A DNA stretch of 64,000 bases, taken from NCBI GenBank assembly GCA_965200495.1, contig CBDAUG010000002.1:198623-262622 (forward strand), written 5' to 3'. The number at the start of each line of letters is the position of its first letter. Position 1 is the stretch's first letter. Position numbers and translations under genes: made by a program. Positions 57,575 through 64,000 of the stretch are shown here, one piece after another. The notes under the pieces were generated by a model. It did not search any database. It was not told where the DNA came from and saw only the letters and a list, made by a program, of their open reading frames with translations. The stretch is from Alphaproteobacteria bacterium (GTDB lineage Bacteria > Pseudomonadota > Alphaproteobacteria > SP197).

Positions 57575-59027
57575 ATGGCCATTGATGATCGAACCCGGGC
57601 CGAGGTCGTGCGGCTTCACAGGGCCGAGGGGTGGTCCGTGGGCGCGACCGGGCGCCACCTCGGCATCCACCACAGCACGGTCAGGCGGACCCTTGAGGGC
57701 GCCGTGGCGGCGGCCGCGACAGATCGATCCGTGGATCCCGTTCATCGAGGAGCAGCTCCGCAAGAACCCCGACATCCTAGCCAGCAATCTCTACCAGATG
57801 GTGCACAAGCGGGGCTACACCGGCGGCAGCGACCACTTCCGCCACGTCATCGCCACCATGAGGCCACGGCGGACGCCGCGGCCGGCGCAGCCGCTGACGT
57901 TCTATCCGGGGGAACAGGGCCAGGTCGACTGGGGAGACTTCGGTGCCGTCATGATCGGCCGCCGGCTGATGGGCTTCGTGCTGACGCTGAGCTACTCCCG
58001 GCGCATCGTCCTGCGCTTCTTCTACGGCGCCGCGATGAGCCACTTCCTGGCCGACCACATCGCCGCCTTCGAGACCCTGAACGGCGTCCCCAGGAGCCTG
58101 CTCTACGACAATCTCAAGAGCGTCGTGACGGCCCGCCGCGGCCGGGCCATCACCGACAATCCGACCTTCATCGACTTCTTCCGGCACTCTGCCTTCGAGG
58201 CCCCGGCCGCGTGGCCGCGCAATCCCCGTCACAAGGGACGCGTGGAACGCTCCATCCGCTACGTGCGGACCGCCTTCATGGCCCACCACAGCGCCGACGA
58301 GCCGCTCGACGCACTCAACGAGGCGGCGGCGGCATGGTGCGCCGGACCGGCTCTTGAGCGGCCCTGGCCCCAGGACCGCACACGCACCGTCGCAGAGGCC
58401 TTCGAGAAGGAGCGGCGCTTCCTCACGGCACTGCCCGACACGCCCTTCCCGGCCGAGGAGATGCGCGCCGCCCGGGTCGGCGCCACGCCGTTCGTGCGCT
58501 TCGACAGGAACGACGACAGCGTGCCGCCCGAGCATGTCATGACGCGCGTGACCGTCGCTGCCAGCGCCGACACGGTGCGCATCCTCGACGGCGTCACGGT
58601 GCTCGGCGTCCATACCCGCTGCTACGGCAGGCAGGAGGTCATCGAGGATCCCGCGCACATCGCCGCCCTCACCAGGAAGTCGGGCGCGGCGCGGCGGCGC
58701 CACGCCAGGGACCGCCTGCTGCGCGCCGTGCCCGGTCTCGAGGACCTGTTCGCCGCCGGTTCCGGCCATGTCGGTCTCAGCGCCCGGGCGTTCATCCGGC
58801 TGCTCGACGCCTATGACGCCGCCGCCCTCTCAGGCGCCGTCGACGAGGCGATGAAGCGGGCATCGCCCCATGTCCACACCGTCCGCCACATCCTCGAGGA
58901 ACGCCACAGAGAACACGACCGGCCGCTCCAGCCGGTCGAGATCGCCGATGAGAAGGCCCGGGGCGCCACGGTGCGCGCCTCCGGCCTTGCGGCATACGAC
59001 CCGACGCACGGGGGAGACGACACGTGA
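57575..59027 (+). pseudogene. istA: IS21-family transposase IstA, interrupted by a 1-nt frameshift near 57698-57706
   Basis: The HTH N-terminus MAIDDRTRAEVVRLHRAEGWSVGATGRHLGIHHSTVRRTLEG is in the frame of ORF 57575. The rest is in the frame of ORF 57582: RRPRQIDPWIPFIEEQL..GYTGG..YPGEQGQVDWGDFG..LLYDNLKSVV. Confidence 0.8.
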
Positions 59028-59728
59028 CCACCCTCCAGGAACGCGCCCGCGCCCTCGGGCTCGCTGGCCTCGTCAGCCGCTGGGACGAGATCGCCGACGC
59101 CGACCGGCTCGCCGACCTCATCAACCGCGAAGAACAGGAGCGCGCTCAGCGCAGCCTCAAGAGGCGCCGCGCCGCCGCCCGCATCCCCGCCTTCACGCCC
59201 CTTGCCGACTTCGACTGGTCATGGCCGCGCGCCATCGACGCCGAAGCCGTCAGCAGGCTGATGTCCCTCGACTTCATCGACCAGCGCACCAACGGGGTGC
59301 TGATCGGCGGACAGGGAATCGGCAAGACCATGATCGCCGCCACCATCGCCCACCAGGCCCTCGTCCACGGCCATACCGTGCGCTTCGCCAACGCCCCCGA
59401 CCTGCTCGCCCGCCTCGCCGGCCTCGACAGCCGGCAGCTCCTGCTCCACCACCTCACCCTCATCGCCAGACCCCGCCTGCTCGTCCTCGACGAAATCGGC
59501 TACCTCACCCTCGACCGCCACCAAAGCGACCTGCTCTACGCCATCATCACGCGGCGCGACCAGCGCCGCTCCACCCTGCTCACCACCTCCCTGGGCTTCG
59601 CCCAGTGGGACCACATCTTCCCCTCCACCAGTGCCATCGCCGGCACCGTCGACCGCCTCGTCCACAACGCCACCATCATCACCATCGACGGCGACTCCTT
59701 CCGCCTGGGACACACGGGTGGCCGATGA
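59024..59728 (+). CDS. istB: IS21-family helper ATPase IstB
   Basis: Walker A GGQGIGKT and Walker B LLVLDEIGY. Its start overlaps the istA stop. Confidence 0.9.
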   Translation: MTTLQERARALGLAGLVSRWDEIADADRLADLINREEQERAQRSLKRRRAAARIPAFTPLADFDWSWPRAIDAEAVSRLMSLDFIDQRTNGVLIGGQGIGKTMIAATIAHQALVHGHTVRFANAPDLLARLAGLDSRQLLLHHLTLIARPRLLVLDEIGYLTLDRHQSDLLYAIITRRDQRRSTLLTTSLGFAQWDHIFPSTSAIAGTVDRLVHNATIITIDGDSFRLGHTGGR

Positions 59729-60569
59729 CGCCTTCAGGAAGGACCTCGAGGCCATCAAGCGCAGGCCGCTGGACACCATCGCCGCACGCTGGCGATACGT
59801 CCGCGACACACGCGCCTCGACGCCCCTGAACCCCGTGCTGCGCGCACCCGGCCTGCCCAAGATCGTCCTCACGCTGCAGGACAACGGACACTGGACCTCC
59901 TTCAACATTCAAGATGCCGACGACAACGGCACCGCCATCGACTTCATGCGCAACCGCGGCCTCACAGTCGCCGCCATCACCCACCCGTCATCACGGCTCT
60001 CGGACTTCTACCGCGAGATCGGCGACCTGTTCGGCGTCAACCTTCTGTACAACAATCGCTGGGCAACCTTCAAAAACCTGCGCGAGCGCTGGCTCGCGCA
60101 TCTCGACGAAACCCGCATGCGCCCGGTGGTGCTCATCGACGAGGCCCAGGACATGCTGACCTCGATGTTCTCCGAGATCCGCCTTCTGGCCTCGACCGAC
60201 TTCGATTCACGCGCCATCCTCTCGGTCGTCTTCGCCGGCGACAGCCGCCTCATCGACAGGCTGCGCCATGTCGATCTCCTGCCCATCGCATCGCGCATCC
60301 GCCAGCGCCTCGTCCTGACACGGCTCGAGGAAGACGATCTCGCCCGCCTGCTCGACCATCTGCTCGACGAGGCCGGCAATGGCGCCCTCATGACCGCAGC
60401 GCTCAAAACCACACTCGTCCAGCACGCCGCCGGCAATCCCCGGGCCATGACCGTCATGGGCGACCTCCTGCTCGCCGCCGCCATCGAAAAGGAACGCTGT
60501 GTCCTCGACGAACACCTCTTCATCGACATCGCAGGCGCACCGCCAACCGCCAGAAGAACCCGGCGATGA
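59631..60569 (+). CDS. ExeA/TniB-like AAA+ (AAA_22-type) protein without a recognisable Walker A; N-terminal limit uncertain
   Basis: From about 59967 it reads VAAITHPSSRLSDFYREIGDLFGV..RPVVLIDEAQDM..FAGDSRLIDRL..ASRIRQRLVLTRL..AAGNPRAMTVM, which matches the ExeA-like pattern. No GxxGxGK[ST] is present anywhere in the ORF. The 5' part of the tracked ORF overlaps istB. A possible GTG start lies at 59718. Confidence 0.55.
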   Translation: MPSPAPSTASSTTPPSSPSTATPSAWDTRVADDAFRKDLEAIKRRPLDTIAARWRYVRDTRASTPLNPVLRAPGLPKIVLTLQDNGHWTSFNIQDADDNGTAIDFMRNRGLTVAAITHPSSRLSDFYREIGDLFGVNLLYNNRWATFKNLRERWLAHLDETRMRPVVLIDEAQDMLTSMFSEIRLLASTDFDSRAILSVVFAGDSRLIDRLRHVDLLPIASRIRQRLVLTRLEEDDLARLLDHLLDEAGNGALMTAALKTTLVQHAAGNPRAMTVMGDLLLAAAIEKERCVLDEHLFIDIAGAPPTARRTRR

Positions 60570-61405
60570 CCGGCCTGCCAACACGCGCGCCGGTCGACCT
60601 CGAGAAGAGGCCGCACGCGCAACAATGGATGATCAACCAGCTCTGGGCCAAGCAGGCCGTCGGCATCATCGGCGGCGAGCCAAAATGCGGCAAGTCCTTC
60701 CTCGCCCTCGACATCGCCGTCGCCGTCGACACCCTCGACATCGCCGTCATCGACGTCGACACCCTGCGCCTCGACGAGCCCGGCGACCGGCGCGCCCTGC
60801 GCGACACCGTCAAGGACATCGCACCACGCCTGCTCATCCTCGACCCCCTCGTCCGCCTGCATGGCGTCGACGAGAACGCCGTCGCCGAAATCGCCCCCAT
60901 CCTCGGCTTCCTGCGGAACCTCCAGCGTCGCTTCGACGTCGCCGTCGTCCTCGTCCACCACGCCCGCAAGAGCGGCGCAACACGGCCCGGACAGGCGCTG
61001 CGCGGAAGCAGCGAACTGCATGCCTGGGGAGACAGCAATCTCTCCCTGCGCCGCCGTCACCAACAGATCGTCATGACCGTCGAGCACCGCGCCGCGTCCG
61101 GCCTCGATGACCTCGTCATCGAACTCGCCGACGACGGCAAAGGAACCGCCCTGCGCCTCCAGCACCCAGCGCCTGAGAGAACCGCGGCGCCGGAAAACGC
61201 CCATGATCGCATCCTCAAGGTGCTCACCAAGGCCAACACCCCACTCCTGCGTTCCGAAATCCGCAAACGCGCCGGTACGCGCAACACAACCGTCATCGGC
61301 GCTCTCAACAAACTGGTGCACGAGGGCCGTGTCGAAAGCTCGTCGGCAGGACGCTACCGCGTCCTCGACGCCGGGGCAGGCGAGACCCCCAGCCTCAACC
61401 TGTAG
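60566..61405 (+). CDS. RecA-like AAA_25-type ATPase with a C-terminal winged-helix domain
   Basis: Walker A GGEPKCGKS, Walker B LLILDPLVRLHGVDEN, then VVLVHHARK..ALRGSSELHAWGDSN. The C-terminal part ILKVLTKANTPLLRSEIRKRAG..ALNKLVHEGRV is wHTH-like. ATGA overlap with the upstream ORF. Confidence 0.8.
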   Translation: MTGLPTRAPVDLEKRPHAQQWMINQLWAKQAVGIIGGEPKCGKSFLALDIAVAVDTLDIAVIDVDTLRLDEPGDRRALRDTVKDIAPRLLILDPLVRLHGVDENAVAEIAPILGFLRNLQRRFDVAVVLVHHARKSGATRPGQALRGSSELHAWGDSNLSLRRRHQQIVMTVEHRAASGLDDLVIELADDGKGTALRLQHPAPERTAAPENAHDRILKVLTKANTPLLRSEIRKRAGTRNTTVIGALNKLVHEGRVESSSAGRYRVLDAGAGETPSLNL

Positions 61406-61425
61406 GCAACGCCACCCGGCCTGCC

Positions 61426-61469
61426 GTTCCCGTTCCGCCAAATCCCCAAGCGTTGCAGGGAACGGGAAC
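61426..61469. other. 11-bp-stem inverted repeat (GTTCCCGTTCC..22 nt..GGAACGGGAAC)
   Basis: It begins 21 nt after the AAA_25 gene stop and is flanked by CTGCC/GGCAG. No U-tract follows. Confidence 0.4.
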
Positions 61470-61730
61470 ACCACCAGGCAGCACCCCGATCCCGCATGAC
61501 ACCATCGGCCCATGGCCGAAAACCCCGCCTGCCGCGAGGGCAAGACCCCTTGTGAGCGAACGCCAGCAGGTCACGCCACGACCAACACAGACGCCAAAAC
61601 TCCAACCAAACCCACCAAATAACCTCATCACCGCACCATCACAGAGCATGAGCACACACACCGGATCGCAGCTCAGCGAATCACGTCATGCACAGACCCA
61701 CCTGGAGTTTTTTGGCAGCCTGTCAGCGGC

Positions 61731-62114
61731 TCAGCGGCATCCCGGCGACTGCATCCCCGGACTGGCATCGGCGTAGATGACATAATCATACCCCTCGCCC
61801 TTTCGGTTGGGTGCGATTCTGTACTTGCTGGGCGTGATGGACCGCAGAAAGACGAACATTTTGTTGCAGTGGTAGAACGCGCTGTCATTGGGGATTAGGC
61901 CCCCGGCCACAAAAACGGCGCTTTCGTTCTCACCTTCGAGGATCGTGATCGGCACCCCCGCCCGGTTGTGGCTGTATCCGGTCCTGCCGGTGGCCGTCAG
62001 CAGCCAGGACATGCCGACGGTGATGCCGCCCTTCGGCGCAACTTGACCGTCCTTGAGCACGGCACTGAAAAAAGGACCAACTTCCCCCTCTGTGAAGATC
62101 GATCGGTGATTCAA
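61731..62114 (-). CDS. hypothetical protein (127 aa at most), no family recognised
   Basis: ORF in a locally lower-GC segment with G/C-biased third positions. The tracked start is TTG 62114 without an obvious SD, and the first ATG is at 62012. It is divergent from the D12 methyltransferase. Confidence 0.5.
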   Translation of the reverse strand: MNHRSIFTEGEVGPFFSAVLKDGQVAPKGGITVGMSWLLTATGRTGYSHNRAGVPITILEGENESAVFVAGGLIPNDSAFYHCNKMFVFLRSITPSKYRIAPNRKGEGYDYVIYADASPGMQSPGCR

Positions 62115-62183
62115 ATTAAACTTGATCGTAACTGCTCACCCCCTGATTGTGTGTGATGTTGTTGTGACGACGAGGTGTCTGCG

Positions 62184-62212
62184 TTGACAGCGTAGCCGGA
62201 TTGCTCTATCGG
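62184..62212 (+). promoter_or_regulatory. candidate sigma70-type promoter for the D12 methyltransferase
   Basis: TTGACA (62184-62189), a 17-nt spacer, then TATCGG (62207-62212). The putative TSS would lie just upstream of GGGGAG and GTG 62240. Confidence 0.35.
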
Positions 62213-62239
62213 TGGTTTTGTGAGCGGCGGGGAGCGCCG

Positions 62240-62899
62240 GTGGGATACTTCGGATCCAAGGCGACGAGCGGTCTGTGCCAGATGCTGCTGGGGCTCCAGC
62301 CGGCCCATGATCTCTATCTTGAGACGCGCCTTGGCGGCGGCGCGCTGATGCAGCGCAAGGTTCCGGCGCTGCGTTCGATCGGCATTGACCGGGACCGGCG
62401 TGCGCTGGAGGGCTTCACGTGCGCCTATCCGGTGGAGTTGATCCACGGCTGCGCCCATGAGGTGCTGGCCACCTTCCCGTTGCGGGGCACGGAACTGGTG
62501 TACAGCGATCCGCCGTATCTGCGAGCGACCCGGCGGTCACGGCGGCGCTACCGCCACGACTACGGCGAGGCCGACCATGTGGCCCTGCTTCATCTGCTCA
62601 AGGGTCTGCCCTGCCAGGTGATGATCTCGGGCCACCCCTCGGCACTTTACGATGAGATGCTTGAGGGCTGGCGCAGCGTGTCGCTTCAGGTGACGACCCA
62701 GGCCCGGGCGCGCACCGAGGTGGTGTGGTTCAACTTCGCGCCTGGCAGGACCCACGGGGTTGGCCATGCCGGGCGCAACGCGACCGACCGTCAGCGCATC
62801 AAGAGGAAGGCGACGCGCTGGGCCGAGGGCTACCGGAAGATGCCGCCGGCTGAGCGTCAGGCGGTGATGGCGGCGCTGATGGCGGTGGAGGCCTCCTGA
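62240..62899 (+). CDS. D12-class N6-adenine DNA methyltransferase (Dam-like)
   Basis: VGYFGSKA (N-terminal Y-x-G-x-K type motif), ETRLGGGALM, YSDPPYL (DPPY), MISGHPSALYDEML..VVWFNF. Start GTG 62240 is preceded by GGGGAG, while the tracked ORF starts at TTG 62201. The stop TGA 62897-62899 overlaps the next ATG. Confidence 0.85.
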   Translation: MGYFGSKATSGLCQMLLGLQPAHDLYLETRLGGGALMQRKVPALRSIGIDRDRRALEGFTCAYPVELIHGCAHEVLATFPLRGTELVYSDPPYLRATRRSRRRYRHDYGEADHVALLHLLKGLPCQVMISGHPSALYDEMLEGWRSVSLQVTTQARARTEVVWFNFAPGRTHGVGHAGRNATDRQRIKRKATRWAEGYRKMPPAERQAVMAALMAVEAS

Positions 62900-64000
62900 T
62901 GGCAACGGTGAACGCCGCCTCGCTGCGCGACGAGTTCGAGGCCGCGAAGGCCGGCATTGCGGCGCTGCGCAAGGACGGCAAGGTGTCGGCGGAAGCCGAT
63001 GCGATGTTCAGGATCCTGATCACGCTGATGAGCGTGCTGATCACCATCCTGCTGGAAAGGACAACCCGCAAGACCAGCGCCAATGCCAGCCTGCCGCCGT
63101 CGCAGACGCCGCAGGACGAGACGGCACAGCGTGCCTCCAGAAGCAGCGGCAAGGGGACGCGCGGGAACGGGCAGACCAGCGCCACCCTGCGCAAGGTGAT
63201 CCATGAGGAGACGGTCACGGTCGAGACCTGCGAGGCCTGCGGCGCCGACCTCTCCCACGTCGATCCCGTCGACCGGGAACGGCGCATCCTCTACGACATC
63301 GTCTTCGAGGTCGTCGAACGCCGCGTCGAGGCCGAGGTCAAGGAATGCCCGGCCTGCCGTGACCGCACCAAAGGGCGCTTCCCCGATACCATGCCGGGGC
63401 CGCTGCAGTACGGCCCCGGCCTCAAGGCCTTCATCATCACCCTGCTCATCGCCCACATGCTCTCCCTGCGGCGAGCCACAGCCCTGGTGCAGGCGATCTC
63501 CGGTCTCACACTCTCCGAGGCCACCTGCCTGAGCTACGTGCGGCACCTCCATGAGGCGCTCGCATCATGGGAGGACAACGCCATCGCCATACTCCTGGAA
63601 CGTCCGGCGCTCCATGCCGACGAAACCGGATTCCGGGTCGACGGCAAGACCCGGTGGCTCCACGTGTTGAGCGACGGATCCCTGACCCTCAAGCGCCTGC
63701 ACAACAAGCGCGGCAGGCAGGCCATCGACGAGATCGGCATCATCCCCCGCTACAAGGGCATCCTGATCCACGACTGCTGGGCCTCGTACTTCGTCTACGA
63801 GACGTGCCTCCACCAGCTGTGCGGCTCCCATCTGCTGCGCGAACTGACCTTCGTCGTCGACTCCAACGCCATGCGCTGGGCCCGCCTGATGAAGACGCTG
63901 CTCCGCCTGACATGTCACCGGGTCAACCAGAGCCCCACCAAGACCCTGCCCGAGGATCTCCGACGGACCGTGCGCAGGCGCTATCGCACCATCCTCGAGC
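62899..64000 (+). CDS. IS66-family transposase (single-ORF type); the 3' end runs off the window
   Basis: My own translation from ATG 62899 gives MATVNAASLRDEFEAAK.. (coiled-coil leader), LPPSQTP, zinc-finger CEACGADL..CPACRDRT, then LHADETGFRVDGKTRWLHV..HDCWASYF..HQLCGSHLLREL. It is absent from the ORF track because it has no stop inside the window. Confidence 0.9.
   Translation, partial: MATVNAASLRDEFEAAKAGIAALRKDGKVSAEADAMFRILITLMSVLITILLERTTRKTSANASLPPSQTPQDETAQRASRSSGKGTRGNGQTSATLRKVIHEETVTVETCEACGADLSHVDPVDRERRILYDIVFEVVERRVEAEVKECPACRDRTKGRFPDTMPGPLQYGPGLKAFIITLLIAHMLSLRRATALVQAISGLTLSEATCLSYVRHLHEALASWEDNAIAILLERPALHADETGFRVDGKTRWLHVLSDGSLTLKRLHNKRGRQAIDEIGIIPRYKGILIHDCWASYFVYETCLHQLCGSHLLRELTFVVDSNAMRWARLMKTLLRLTCHRVNQSPTKTLPEDLRRTVRRRYRTILE

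Larger units (their letters stand above)
57500..59730 (+). mobile_element. IS21-family insertion sequence (istA-istB); ends not defined
   Basis: istA and istB have the canonical overlapping arrangement. The motif GCCGGTTG is repeated at 57504 and 57555, upstream of istA. I could not identify a matching right-end inverted repeat. Confidence 0.6.

Noticed and set aside
57690-57715. Programmed ribosomal frameshift joining the two istA frames.
   Set aside because: There is no slippery heptamer (the local sequence is GAGGGCGCCGTGGCGGCGGCC). IS21-family IstA is not known to need frameshifting. A mutation or sequencing indel is more likely.
59729-59966. Primase or Toprim-like origin of the N-terminal part of ORF 59631-60569 (GTAIDFMRNRGLT resembles G-x-IDF segments of primase zinc-finger regions).
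   Set aside because: The resemblance is only a few residues. No CHC2 cysteines or Toprim acidic motifs are present. It is left as an unassigned N-terminal region.

Overview
G+C-rich bacterial chromosomal window. Gene content and the mfd-sdhE-recG arrangement suggest an alphaproteobacterium, but this is inference only. I can support about 57 protein genes or pseudogenes and one tRNA-Val(GAC). There is no rRNA and no CRISPR array. Layout: (i) 1-2.4 kb is an accessory block on the minus strand. It holds an IS1595-family DDE transposase-like gene, a small 2-TM ORF and a beta-class DNA methyltransferase, joined by ATGA overlaps, and it ends at an AT-rich junction. (ii) 2.4-16.8 kb is metabolic: a CoxMSL-like molybdenum hydroxylase, a NitT/TauT-type ABC importer, an arginase-fold hydrolase, tRNA-Val, an aldehyde:ferredoxin oxidoreductase (AOR)-MoaD-deacetylase-DjlA operon, an SDR and a DsbA/FrnE-like protein. 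(iii) 16.7-32 kb is housekeeping: mfd, sdhE, recG, a CaCA antiporter, nhaA, DUF502, the Lhr/PdeM damage-response pair, two DsbA paralogues and an IMPase. (iv) 32-57 kb is a large catabolic and transport block. It contains acyl-CoA dehydrogenases, a thioesterase, a class-III aminotransferase, a PotABCD-like ABC system, GST, an M19 dipeptidase, an LLM oxidoreductase, an acyl-CoA synthetase, a PhyH dioxygenase, gcdH, hemB, a CoA-transferase, a penicillin-acylase-family protein, a formylglutamate amidohydrolase, a flavin reductase, a DMT exporter, a non-Pyl MttB and an SRPBCC protein. I see no recognisable transcription-factor gene in this block. (v) 56.7-64 kb is a decayed racemase gene followed by a mosaic mobile region. 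It holds IS21 (istA frameshifted, istB intact), an ExeA-like ATPase with no visible Walker A coupled to a RecA-like AAA_25/wHTH ATPase, an orphan lower-GC ORF, and a D12-class adenine methyltransferase whose stop overlaps the start of an IS66-family transposase that runs off the window. The most interesting signals are the two independent methyltransferase-transposase couplings at the window edges and the ATPase pair plus orphan ORF in the right-hand mosaic. None of these can be assigned a function from sequence alone. All family calls come from motif reading of the translations. No database search was run.
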